A stretch of DNA of 64,000 nucleotides from Eledone cirrhosa (GCA_964016885.1 OZ024743.1:224378001-224442000); one strand, 5' to 3'; positions 26,330 through 39,355 are shown, numbered from the stretch's first letter. Numbers and translations are program-made. The notes: generated by a model not told the origin, from the letters alone.

Positions 26330-27380
26330 ATTATTAAGCAGTTACTAGACATATTAATCAAATCTCTCAAATAAAACCCTACTGTTTTATGTTCAGTGTT
26401 TAAAAGACAGAAAGAAAGAATGTAATAAAACAAATATGAAAGGAAATATACTGGGGATATTGGTAAAATGAAAATATTTTGTACTGAACTGAAATTTAGT
26501 TACTAATGAAGGAAACAAATGTCTACTGTGTGAATCAGAGATGGTTCTTAATTAGCATGAGCATGACATTTGGATGATGGCACCAATAGATCTGAAGACA
26601 TTCCATAGAATAAGACACCAATAAAGATGTCTTACCAGCTGCAGACAGCAATAGAAGTTAGGCTGTAGCTTTAACAAATATGCTTTTATTCTATCATTAA
26701 GAGCTGACTGGAAAATTCCACATTCCTTAGCTCTGTTTACAGTCAGTTTAAGAAAATAGTAGGAGGGGGGGGGGGGGGGTGAGTGTTAGTAAGGTAGGAC
26801 AAATATATATAAGACAGGGAGGAAGAGAAAGTCCTGTGGTGAAAGTTATTAACTTTAATAATGAAAGAAGCTTCTATGGTGAAAGTGAAAAATAAAATAT
26901 TCTAATTCTCAAAGATGAAAAAAAATAATATTATTTCCTTAAAAACCAAATTAAACTACCCAAAGTGGTCAGGTCATTGATATTTTTTTATCATAGATTT
27001 GATTTAACCCCTTTAACCATATTATTTTTAATTAAATATACTGCCTACGATTTTCAAATAGTTTTGAGAAGAATCAAGAATTTTTAGCAATTTTGTTATA
27101 TAAATAATTTTCTCATTGTTTATCTGTTTGGAATATAACTTGAGAAAGGTTCTTATATAAAATTATGATGGAAGGTTTTTATGTAGAAATACTTTAAAAC
27201 TAGACATACCAATCACATGTGTGTATATACATATGCCTGTGTGTGTGTGTGTGTAAGAACAGACTTTTAAAGTGATGGTGATGATGATAATGATGATGAA
27301 AGACTGCATTGTTCAAAGTGTACTTCTTTAAATAGCAGGGTTTGAATTGTTGGAAGTTTGGCTGTTATTATATTTAATTA

Positions 27381-27565
27381 GGGCGGTGGATTGGCAGTAT
27401 CGTTAGAGGGTCGGACGCCATGCTTTCCAGCATAGTTACGTCCCTTTACGATCTGAGTTCAAATCTCGCCGAGGTTGACTTTGCCTTTCATCCTTACGGG
27501 GTCGATAAAATAAAGTACCAGTAATGAACTGAGTAATTGCTGGCCTTGTGCCTAAAGTAGAAACA
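27381..27565 (+). mobile_element. SINE family 2, full length
   Basis: GGGCGGTGGATTGGCAGTATCGTTAG...GAGTTCAAATC...GCTGGCCTTGTGCCTAAAGTAGAAACA; 14-bp target duplication ATTATATTTAATTA. Further copies at ~54208-54358 (-) and 62312-62398 (+). Confidence 0.9.
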
Positions 27566-28827
27566 ATTATATTTAATTATTTCAGTTATAACTACATTGA
27601 ATTTACCTTAAAATTTCTAATATGTGCTGTTTTGCATATATATTTATAATTATAGCAATATCTTTTAAATTGTTCTAAAGGATCATTTAATGATAGAAGA
27701 GATGACAGTAGCAGTATTAGTAGTAGCAATAGTAGTTGTTTTCACTCTAGCAGTGGTTGCTAAACAGTTTTGTTTCTACTTCAAGGCAAACTTTCGAACT
27801 AGTAAATATTTTGAACTTTGTACCTAAATTTGAAAATTTACCCAAAAGAGGTATTTATACATATAGTATATAGTAGAAAATAATTAAAAATGCAGAAATA
27901 TTATCTATATTCCTAATTTAGTCAATAAATTGTGCAAAGTTATCAATGAGAAACATGTTCTTGACGTTTTTTGGTAATGTTTTCATTATTAGTTGCTAAT
28001 CCCACCAAGGTTAACTTTGCCTTTCATCCTTATAGGGTCGATAAAATAAAGCATTTTCCACATTTTAAATAGAATCTTGTTCTTTCATTGGATATGTAAT
28101 TACATTTCATGGTGTATGGTTTGGGATATACTGGTGTAGGGATATGTTGACTTTTAGCCCCAGGTCAGTCATGAATGAGTAGATATATGATCAAGGCCAT
28201 TCCAGCTATGACCATCCCGATGTTTTTTCAGGCACCATATATCTATTGTAACCTTTTTTAAGATAGTGGGTTTTGCTATTTGAAGGGAGATTTGGTTGTT
28301 ATTTTTAGCAAGTCAAGCAACACCACAGAACTGACAGCTGATTTAAAAAAAAAAAAAGTAGGGATGTGTAAACCCTACAACCATTGAATAACTGGGTGAG
28401 TATGAATTGTACCATGAACTGCTTCTACTACCCACCTTACTTGTGCTAATGGTAGGGGAGTCAAAGGTAGCTGTTTCTTAAAATAGTTTCAGTTTGTTAG
28501 AGGTCAAACGTTCAACAGAACTTAGTGAATAATGACCCTAGCAGTGGTGAATAAGGCTTCACTGTGTGAAAGTAATGTGCTCTAGTCATTCTCTGTGTCT
28601 ATATATGTGTGTGTGACTAACAGCCCCTCCTCTCCTGCCTTGGAGGGGGTGAAATGAGCAAGATGTGTGTAGGGAGGTTACAGACCATCACTAGTTTCTT
28701 TAGATTCTAGATTTTATCAGTAATTTTTTTTCCTTCTGTTGAAACTACTTTATTTTACAAAGCTGTTTATACAAAACAAAACACTATAAAAGGGAACAAA
28801 AAAGGAAATGAAAAGAAAAAGAAAAAA

Positions 28828-29330
28828 TCATCATCATTATCGTTTTTACATCTCAACGTTAGCATGGGTTGGACAGGTCCTTCTCAACACATCATCTTTC
28901 TACTCACAACGTTCTTTGTCATCTCCTCTGTGACTCTCAGTGATTTGAGATCAGCTCTCACCACCTCTGCACAGGTCTTTCTTGGTCTACCTCAACTGCA
29001 GCTTCCTTCCACTGGGATTTCCTGTCCCCTCTTTACCTAATGATCAGCATCCATGTGTATCACATGTCCATTACCAATGCAGTCTTCTCTCTTGCACACC
29101 ACTTCAGATTCCTCTTAAATCCAGCTTCTCTAAGCACTGCCTTTCTCTCTCATTTACATTGCAAATCCAACAAAGCATGGTTGCTTTATTTCTCTCCAAC
29201 CTACAGTCAGAGCCCATGTTTCACTACCATGTAGCATCACATTTTGCACACATGCGTCACAGTCGATGTCCTTTTGTTCATGGGGATAAACCTTTTGTTG
29301 TCAACAGTGGGAGTAGCTTTCTAAACTTTC
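28828..29330 (-). mobile_element. Decayed RTE 3' fragment
   Basis: Reverse-strand similarity to the 23090-23599 region. Confidence 0.75.
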
Positions 29331-31015
29331 TAGCTAATGTGCTATTAAGCAACGAAAGAGAGGGGGAGGGACAGATATCGCACCCCCTGTCTGAGTAGTG
29401 CCTCAGTCGCATCCTGCAGACAAAATGGCAAAGGCATTACTGTGGAGAATGGCCTGAGACACCTGCTGCAACAGCCACCCCCACCTCACAGGGTTCCTTT
29501 CTCAATTAGGCTGCTGTATTTTTCATTTTACAGAGACCAGCACAAAGAGGAAGCAGTCAGTCAGGCCCCAGTATTTAACTATCTTCCTCTCATCTGTACT
29601 GTGGGCAGCAGAGCCTGGGTTTGTGGCTGAAGCAACAATGTAATTAGGTTTAAATTTTACCTGGATCATATTTCTAACTAAAGTAGATTCAGCAATAGTA
29701 CACCTCAACATCCATAGCCCAGAGAAGGTGGTGTGTAGGAGGCTATGTGCAGGCATTGTTAATTAACTACCACACACACAGTACATTGAATAAATATCAA
29801 CCTATTACTAATAGATAATATATCTTGTTAGGTAAACTGAAGTAGTATTGAATAAGAATGTCATTCTCCAGAAACAGTGGAATGTCTGAAGTGAATTTAA
29901 ACTCATGATTTAAGAGCTGACAGCAACTAGGAAGAAGCAAGGTGAAATAAAGTATTTTGCTCAAGGACACAACCTACAGCCCAGCTGAGGAATCAAACCC
30001 ATGACCTTAGGATTATGAGTTCAACACGTCCAACACAAGGACGAGGCAGAATGCTTTATTTAAAACAAGAACAAAAATTAATTAAAAACAGAGCAAGAAT
30101 AATTATTACAAAAATACTTTAAAGAAACTACTTTAATGAAGGAAATCGAAAACATGTTTATTGATCAAACAATTGTAGGATGGGTACAAGTAATTAGTAA
30201 ACCTGGTAATTCACTGAGTTGGACAGGTAGGAAATTGGTAAATAATAGGTACATTACGACTGGACTAAGAGCTAGCTAAAAGTGGTTTTACAACAAACTA
30301 TGGTTTTTAAATTAGAACTGCATATATCTACTTATCTAGCTATCTAGCCATAAGGCCCAACTTCCCACGGGTACAGACTGAAGCTGAAGCATATATACAG
30401 TATGCCCCCCTCCCACTGTAAAGTGGTCGTGTAGGTGTCATGATAAAAAGCATCCAGTCAACACTATAAAGTGGTCATGTAGGCGTCTCGTCGAAAAGCA
30501 CCCAGTACTCACTGTAAATGAGATTGGCATTAGGAAGAGCATTCAGCTGCAGAAATCAAGCGAAAATCAGTTCTGGCATGGCATTGCCCACAACAGGACA
30601 ACTCATCTAACCCATGCTAGCATGGAAAATGGACGTAAAACGACAATGATGATGGTTTATACATATTGATTCCTATCGCTTTCTCTTTGCTCATAGCTTC
30701 GTACTTACATGCACACACACTCTTTTGCTCACATATACACACATCTCTTCTTAGCTCCATACGGACCTATAACACACACACTCATGCTTACGCACGTGCT
30801 CAAGTATAGCTCTTTTTACAAAACGTTTTTTTTTTTGCCTTTCAGGTAGACGTGCTCCATCATCCACTTTTCTAAAAAACAAATCATACACAAAACACCA
30901 GCACCAACAGTTTTGCAAGCGATGTCAACATGAATGGACCTATTATTTTTATCTAAAGACATTTTTTCCAATTCCATCCCGCCCGTCCCCTTAATCTATT
31001 TTATTTCTCATTCTT

Positions 31016-31051
31016 TCTTCTGATGAAGGACCAGCGTCCGAAACGTTAAGA
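31016..31051 (+). ncRNA. Minimal type I hammerhead ribozyme motif (Penelope-like)
   Basis: TCTT-CTGATGA-A-GGAC-CAGC-GTCC-GAAAC-GTT-AAGA: intact core, 4-bp stems I and II, palindromic AACGTT at helix III. Confidence 0.75.
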
Positions 31052-31159
31052 CCCTCTTCCTGCTATATCAAGCGTTAACCTAATATATACCTTCCATATA
31101 CTGTATCGATTGTGTTGTTATTTCTGTTTACCTTTTACATACACACACATATATATATA

Positions 31160-31196
31160 TTGGCAACCAAAGCTTCAATTTTACTCAGCTTCCACT

Positions 31197-31246
<50 letters not shown>

Positions 31247-31283
31247 AGTGGAAGCTGAGTAAAATTGAAGCTTTGGTTGCCAA
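31160..31283. repeat. Perfect 124-bp palindrome centred on (TA)23
   Basis: 39-bp unique arms are exact reverse complements. Confidence 0.95.
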
Positions 31284-31439
31284 GCAAAATCGACCTACAA
31301 TTAGGAATGAGTAGCAAAGCACTCAATAAGGTAGGCCCTCAGAGTAATAACACTTTTAGATAGCTTGACAAATTGAAAATTGTGGCAGGCAAAACCCAGC
31401 CATACAATACCAAAACAACGAAAAAACTAATCAGGTTAG

Positions 31440-31470
<31 letters not shown>

Positions 31471-31501
<31 letters not shown>

Positions 31502-32272
31502 CGTTTAACGCCCATCTTCCACGCTTGCATGGGTTTGGACGGGAGTTTTCCCACTTGAGGCAAGAGTGGTTGTCTTGCTCGCATAGGACTGTCTGGCGGG
31601 TTTTCTACGGCTGGATGCCCTTCCTAACACCAACCACGTTTACAGTGTGGACCGGGAGGTTTTTACCGTGTTACCTACACGGTCACATTACAGCGTGGAC
31701 TGTGTTTTTTTGTCGTGACACCTACACGACCTCATTTGTTTCGGCCTGGATGTTGTGGCACCAACATAACTTTACATTGAAAGGGGTGGTGTGGATGGGG
31801 TGGGGATAGTGGGACGGGGGTGTATTTTTGTTAGAGGTACCTACTGACTGTAGTAGGTTTCACTTTGTACTTAGGTAAGGCGGGTCTTCTGTATTACTGT
31901 GTCGCGCCAAAGATCTCGGTCCAGTGACATTGTCTTGGAGAGGTGTAAGTGTGTGAGGTTGGAATTTATCAAGTCGTCCCAAGTTTTTCTGGGTCTGCCT
32001 ATTCCATGGCCCTGTACTTTTTTTATACAGCTGTCGTCTTTCATGCGCATCACGTGACCATACCAACGTAGTCTTCTCTTGAGTAAACAACATCTGATCC
32101 CTCTTATTTCTAATTTTTCCCTTAGTTCGTTTATGCTTTGCCGTTCACGTATATTACTATTACACATCCAGCGGAGCATGCAAGCTTCGTTCCTCTCCAG
32201 TCTGCGTATATCCTCTCCACACAATGTCCAGGTCTCACTGCCATGTAACATTGCTGTTCGTATGCAGGCATC
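31471..32272 (-). mobile_element. RTE 3' fragment with long 3' UTR; near-identical UTR pieces at 48115-48400 (-), 53003-53178 (+), 54517-55020 (+)
   Basis: AMLHGSETW...RRLRWYGHVMRM; UTR copies align directly. Confidence 0.9.
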
Positions 32273-32347
32273 ATATATATATATATATACATATATACAT
32301 ACACACAAGCAAGTTTGTTTTTAAACAGAGAGCAAGTTTGAAAATAA

Positions 32348-32534
32348 AAATAGAAGCTTTTGCCATATTTTTGACTAAAGAAATTTTATCCTGATAGTGG
32401 GTTTAGAACCCTCTAGGAAATGGAAAAAGATGAGTATTGATGTACACACATCTTTTTCCATTTTTTAGAGGGTTCTAAACCCCACTATCAGGATAAAATT
32501 TCTTTAGTCAAAAATACGGCGAAAGCTTCTATTT
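32348..32534. repeat. Inverted repeat, ~85-bp arms, 16-nt loop
   Basis: Arms 32348-32432 and 32449-32534 with few mismatches. Confidence 0.93.
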
Positions 32535-32544
32535 CTATTATATA

Positions 32545-32859
32545 TATCTATATTTTCTTCTTTGCCCACGGACTCCTGAGAGGGTTGTTGGAGCAGAGTC
32601 CTTAAACACTCCTTCCAGTGGGTCCTGTCAGAAGTAACCATCTTCAACTGATCCGGCTGGATCCCCAAGTGTGACCAACCAAGCTCATGGATGTTATCCA
32701 ACCCACTTGCTTAGGGTCTACCCCTAGGTCTCCTGTCAGTTGGTTTTGCTCATAAAATTTGTCCAGTGATTCTTTCCTGAGACATACTAACCACATGCTC
32801 ATAGTATCGGAGCATGTGGTTAGACTGTCTCAGGAAAGAATCACTAGACAGGTTTTATG

Positions 32860-32862
<3 letters not shown>
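32545..32862 (-). mobile_element. Fragment of a different RTE-like LINE with a fold-back at its 5' junction
   Basis: LRYYEHVVSMSQER...RRPRGRPL..W-type C-terminal motif; hairpin at 32748-32862. Confidence 0.7.
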
Positions 32863-32915
<53 letters not shown>

Positions 32916-33059
32916 TAAGTTAAAACAATAAAATAAAAATTCAAGTCATTAGAAATATACTTCACTGCTTTACGATCATTTCTAGGTGATAATAATACAT
33001 TGTATGCATATTTCGTTATCGATCTATGTAGGGTTAGACCCCACAACTAACCGTGGATA

Positions 33060-33126
<67 letters not shown>

Positions 33127-33589
33127 CAGTAAAGAGAGAAATACACATATATATATGTGTTCAAATTATAAGGGATTTAAAACTGCCAGGGTGAGGAACA
33201 TATATATATAGAGAAAGAGGGAGAAAGAGATAATTATGAGTGGATTCCTGATGGGGATCAGGAAATGACCACAGTTGAAAATGGTACTCAATACATTGGT
33301 AGCATATAGGCATCTTTATTTTATATAGAAATTACTTCTACAGGACTAAAAATGTTTCATTCACATGAAACCAGTAAGAATATATATGTGAAGGCATGTG
33401 GCCTAGTGGTTGGGATGTTGAATCATAAGGTCATGAATTTTATTCCAGGACCATGTGGTATGTTGAGTCCTTGAGCAAGATGTTTCATTTCACATTGCTG
33501 TGACTAACTGGCAACTTCATATATACCTAGTTTGGAGCACAGCAGTGTATGTGGTGGAACCAGTGTGATCTGATTTGTTGATCAGACAT

Positions 33590-34810
33590 GTGGCAAGATG
33601 TGGGGAAACTTGGAGCAACATTACATCAAATATTGTGTTAAACTTAAGAAAACCAAACAGGATGCCTATGGAATGTTAGAGGAGGGCTATAGGGTGAAAT
33701 GATGAGCAAAGCAAGTTACTACAGATAGTTTAAACAATTTTCTGAAGGAAATTAACAGATTGTGGATGAACGCAGATCTGGAGCACTGAACAAGGCACAA
33801 AAGGAGGAAAACATTGAGGAGGTGCGAGTGTTAGTGATACAAGACCACCAAGTTAGTGTGAGGATGATATCTGAAGCTGTTGGTATTAGTATTGGTACAG
33901 TGGAGACAATTCTGACCAAAGATCTGGAGCTCCACAAAGTCTGTACCAAGTTCGTGCCAAAGATTCTCTGCAACAACCGGAGACAGCTTCGAAAGGAATA
34001 TTCCACTGACACTCTCGATATGAGGCTGATTCTGGTTTCCTGAATTAAGTTGTGATTTGCAACGAGAGTTGTGCATTCACCTATGACCTTGAGATCAAAC
34101 GAGTACTCAATGAAAGTATATACCCTCCTCCAGGCCCAAGAATGCAAAGATGAGCAGGTCACAACAGAAGGCCATGGTTATTCCTTTCTTTGACTACCAG
34201 GGGCTAATTCATGTTGAATAGGTTCCTGAGGCTCAAACCATCAATAAGGAGTTTTACTTTGAAGTTATGAAAAGGTTCAGGGAGAGTGATGATTCCACCA
34301 GGACAATGCTCCATGCTACAAGACAATGTTGGTGACCATCTGAATGGCCAACAAGAGAAGGAAAGTGGTACAACATCCACACAACAACCCTGACCTGGCT
34401 CTTTGTCACTTCTTCCTGATTCCATACATGAAAGACAGCCTCAAGCGAATCAGATTCGAGTCAACACAGGAGCTGAAGGAGGCATCAGTGAATTTGCAGA
34501 TGGAACTGCAAAATAAGGACTGGGAGAAGGTCTTCCAGGAGTGGAGAAGACCCCTGCACAAGTATGTAGATGTGAGAGGTCATTATTATGAAGGAGACGG
34601 TGGATTGGCAGTATCGGTAGATGGTCAGACGCCATGCTGTGCAGCACAGTTATGTCCCTTTACGGATTGAGTTCAAATCCCGCCGAGGTTAACTTTGCCT
34701 TTCATCCTTACGGGGTTGATAAAATAAAGTACCAGTAATACACTGGGATAATTGCTGGCCTTGTGCCAAAAGTAGAAACAATTATTATGAAGGAGACAAA
34801 GTTTGTAAGC
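33590..34810 (+). mobile_element. Mariner transposase pseudogene
   Basis: DERRSG..EENIEEVR, KVCTKFVPKIL (WVP-like), HQDNAP, PDLALCHFFL (YSPDLAP-like); many frameshifts. Confidence 0.9.
34599..34780 (+). mobile_element. SINE family 2 inserted in a mariner relic
   Basis: 17-bp target duplication ATTATTATGAAGGAGAC at 34582-34598 and 34781-34797. Confidence 0.9.
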
Positions 34811-35413
34811 CTATGAAAATATATAATTATGGAACACACCTTGTGTATATATATATGTGTGTGTGTGTTCAGTATTTTTGTAGAAAAGAAAAAAAAGAGT
34901 GCTCTATGTATTGTACAGAGCTATTTAAATACATTGTTATATATATATATATATTCAAGCCTCTCAAAAGTATTATCCATGTAATAGATTGTCTATTACA
35001 TGGATAATACTTGAGATAATACTTGGATAATACTTGAGAGGAGGCTTGAAATTCAAGCTAGGATCCAAAGTACCGTATCAGTAACAGAAGCCCATATGAT
35101 CTCTAAACAAATAAAAACAAAAACAATGAGTAACAGTAATACTACCAATTCTATTCATCAAAACACACGTCCTAGTAAATAACAAAATCCATAAACAAGG
35201 CCGCATAGCTCTTATATTTACACTTGTTCTTTTACTTGTATCCACCAAACTTAACACACCAGCTTAGTGCAATCAATTTATACCTCATAATTACTGTATA
35301 TTACCATGGGTAATATATCTACTGGTATGCCACTATCTACTGTAACACTGTGTACATGGCCAATGATGTAGCACCTATCAGTTTGATGCCTCAGTAGTTC
35401 CCTCTGTCTAGAA

Positions 35414-35600
35414 CAGGCATGTCAAACTGAGGGTCCCCTGAGGGCCACATGGGTGACATATGTGTTGTGTGAGGGCCGTACGTGACAACTAATTGCACAC
35501 ATTACAACAATATTTTTTATTTTATATTACGCTTGCGCTGTAAAAACCTTTATGTGGGCTACAGGTGTGCTTGTAAAGGGACACATATTTGACATGCTTG
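35414..35600. mobile_element. hAT (Charlie-like) MITE
   Basis: TIRs CAGGCATGTCAAA / TTTGACATGCTTG and an exact 8-bp target duplication GTCTAGAA. Confidence 0.88.
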
Positions 35601-35734
35601 GTCTAGAACATCACCTTTGCCCTAGTAACAGCTGACGATGATGCTGCAACAGCAGTCATATCATCATCGTTTTTAAGTCCGCTTTTCCACACTTACATGG
35701 GTTGGACCCACACACACACACATATATATATAAA

Positions 35735-36250
35735 AGTTGAAAGGCTGACTATGAAGGAGTGACACTACAAATGTGAAATATTGCATGTATTAATTTCAAC
35801 TCTTCTTCTTAATAACTGCATTTTTTTCTTTCCAGGTAAACTGACATTAGAGACTTCTCTTGAAAATACACAAAATTTGACATCATGGTGTTATCAAGTT
35901 CCTGCAGGAAAAGGTTTTAGCCCCCAAGAACATTCATGCTGACATGGTTTCTACATTAGAGGATGATGCTCCAGCTTTATCAACAGACCCAAAGTTGAAT
36001 TTAGGAGGGGGAGGGAGTGTCTTGAAGATGACCTAAGGTCTGGGCATCCTACAATTGCCACCACTGAGGAAAACATTGATCGTGTTCACCACATGGTGAT
36101 GGATAATAAATCAAATAGCCAACGCTATTAGCATATTCCATGAGTTGAGAATATTCTGCACAATAAACTTGGCGTGATGAAGGTTTCTGCTTGGTCGGTG
36201 CAGTGTCTTCTGACACCTGTTCAAACGTGCACCAGGCTGATTAAATCACA
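35735..36250 (+). mobile_element. Second mariner relic (HTH region)
   Basis: GVIKFL..KNIHADMV..LEDDAPALST..LEDDLRSGHPTIATTEENIDRVH. Confidence 0.85.
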
Positions 36251-36805
36251 GGGTCAATATATTTTAACTGAGAGGTCAGTGGCCCAGCTGAGATGTGAAC
36301 CACCAGCCTGTCTGGGAGGTCAGTGACCCCACTTCAGTACAGACTCCGTTTGTGAAGACCTGCCCATCCCCTGCTATCAGGGAAAGTGGACGATGAATGA
36401 TGATGATGAAGATTGTTGTTGTTTTAGTATTGATGAAACATACTTATGAGCAAAGACATTACAATCATGACTCTTTTTTTCCACGTACGGGAAAGAAATC
36501 AGACATTATTTCATGTGTCCTTTACATATGTTAGAGATGTGTAGTCCCTGATATGAATGAATGCTTCTGAAAAATAACAAACAACGTGAGAAAAAGCAGC
36601 CGCCTGTCTCATTACAACCCCACTTCTTAATAAAGAATACATTGTATAATATAGTTTACGTTTTCATTGTTAGTAGTGTAATGATTGCTGATATTAATAC
36701 AAATGCGAAATACCATTGTAGTTTCACTTATGATAAATGTAATACTACTTTGTTCTGTTTTTTTTTTTCTTTATTGGTATTGTGACATTTTACGTCTCAA
36801 CACCG

Positions 36806-37100
36806 CTACCCTGATGATGTGGGCCTGGACGGTGTGTGGGAGCGTTCTAAAGCCCATGTGCTAGCTGCTTCGTGATCCCAGCAGACATAACAGAACAAAA
36901 AAAAAACATTACTCCGGAGGATAGCAAGCGAGATGTGTTGAAATAGCCATTCCAACTTGTGGGGTTCGCTCCTAAGAGTGGCCAACTCTGCCACGATAGT
37001 AACGAGATGATCTGGGGACCAAGAAAGCCGGAAGTCTCCACTACTACAGATTCAACCACAAATCTATCGGAGTAATAGTTCTTTGATATTCAAACAAAAA
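36806..37100 (-). mobile_element. CRE-clade non-LTR element 3' fragment
   Basis: DRFVVESVVVETSGFLGP...EPHKLEWLFQHISLAILRSN resembles the CRE C-terminus (ET.G..G...QR.S.A.QRGNA). Confidence 0.7.
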
Positions 37101-38049
37101 GATGGGAAGGACCGATGACAGCTGACCTAGGGCTGAAAAAAAAAAATAACAGAGTGGCAATAATACACATGATGACAGCCAATGAAATGAGGACAATCTT
37201 GCAGTTAATAAACACACTAACAAGTTTGGAATTTTTATGTCCAATCCCATTTCACTGATTTGCTTCCAGTTTTCTAAACTAAATACACACGTAATTGCCT
37301 TTGGGCATCAATCACTTAATTTCACCTCCCACTCCATCTCACAACGTTGTCAATGACAACATTGGCAAAGTAGCCGAGAAGAGCATTTCATGAAATAATT
37401 TAGGACACCAATCACACACAAAAACATCTAATACAAGTACAAATCAGCAAAAGACTTGAACCTTTTAACCCATAAGCGAAGGAGGGGGGGGGGGGAACAG
37501 GGGAGTGATAAGATTTAGGTATCTGGGGGTGGAGGTGACTCTGGTCCTTCCACCCAACTCCAGAAAAATGAGGCGGAGGGGGAGCCTAGACTTTAACCTA
37601 GTCAATCGTATAAATGATAAGACTGGCGAGAAAGTCATTTCAACAACCAGAAATAGCGGTCAAATCTTTAAATCACACCTTGATGTTCACTGCTTTATTG
37701 ACTTTGATTATAGGTGTCCGCGTATTAATGGCTGACTTTCAACTAAATAACAAAGTGGGTTACGATATAACATATGTTGGACGTGAGTTGGTTCTGACAG
37801 TGAGTGTTTCAGCTGTTCAAATAACAGGACAGCCTGTCCAACCCATGCTAGCATGGAAAGCTGATGTAAAACGGTGATGATGACGATATATATATAGGAA
37901 AAGAGTCAGGACCCCGACGGCTGAGCTCCGGCCGTTTCGACAGCTAGATTCGGGGTCCTGACTCTTTTCCTATTACCCACTCTACTACCCTAAATATCGA
38001 GTACTCTGGTGCGTTATAGTCCACCTGGTATCTTACCACACTTTCTTTG

Positions 38050-38110
<61 letters not shown>

Positions 38111-38234
38111 TGTATGTATAGTATATTTGGCAATATACCGTATGTTTAATTAAAAACATTTAGAAGTCCACTCGCTATCATTTTTAAAGCAGTGACTATG
38201 TCACCTACTTATATTTTCGGCAAAGGCTGGGAGA

Positions 38235-38279
38235 ATGGCTGACAGCTGTTTCTCACTGCTTGGCGTTTATCAAAGCCAC
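38235..38279 (-). ncRNA. Degenerate hammerhead motif inside a hairpin (38213-38304)
   Basis: GTGGCT-TTGATAA-...-GAAAC-AGCT-GTC-AGCCAT: stems I and III intact, CUGAUGA box mutated. Confidence 0.55.
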
Positions 38280-39318
38280 GCACTCACCTGCCTTTGCCGA
38301 AAATTATAGAAGCTGGATTCTTGTGAGACCCTGGTTCTAAGTTTAGGTGGTTACATTGTTGGACTCATGACCACAAGATTGTGGGTTCAATTCTTGGAAT
38401 GAGTGGTTAGTATTTTCTTGAGCAAGATATTTCATTTCACACTGTTCTTATTACTAAAACACTTAAGAAGCCTCCTATAAAATACAACCACTTTCGAGGC
38501 CAACTAAGCCTGCATATGTGTGAGCTGTAAATTTCATTTCATTTCATTTCAACGAGCAGGTCAAGATTTTTTTTTTTTAACCAAACACCAGCAGATTCTC
38601 CATACATGCAAATCTCCACTCACCACACCACAAAATGGAAAGGCTAGAGCTGATACAGCTTAACAAAAGTGTTTTTGCAGGTGTTGCTGTTAGAATGCAA
38701 AGAAAACCCCCAAAACCCAAGCATCCCTTTCAATATTTTATCAACCCTGAAAGGATGAAAACCAAAGTTAACTCCAATGAGCCAGAATATATACGGTAAG
38801 CCAATCTATTCCACAGTTTAACAATTCTGCCAATTGCTGACTATACATCATCGTCATACTGGAAATGGTTAGATGGGTTGACATGGTTGGAGTTATTGCC
38901 CACCTATACAGGTCAGAAGACAACCTCTCACTTGAGAGCGTATCTGGCATGATTTCTTTAGCTGGATGTCCTTCCCAATGCCAACCACTTAACAGAGTGA
39001 ACTGGGTGTATTTTATTGTGGCACCAGCACTATAGAAGCAGTATTATATACGTAATTTCAACTCTGCTTGTTTCTATTTGAGAGCTGACCACTTTTCAGA
39101 GTGTACTCGACATATTTCATTGTACTAGTGAGCTCGTTTCACATGAGCCAAAACTAACAAGTACTTACTACTCAACACTGCCTCCATTCATCCAAGGTGT
39201 GGATCAATAGAGTGGATAATAAGAGAGCAATAATAGAGAAGAACTCTGAGTGGGTAAATGGAGAGGGAAAGAGAAAGATATATATATATATATATAGTAA
39301 TAATAATCTGTTATTTTA

Positions 39319-39355
<37 letters not shown>

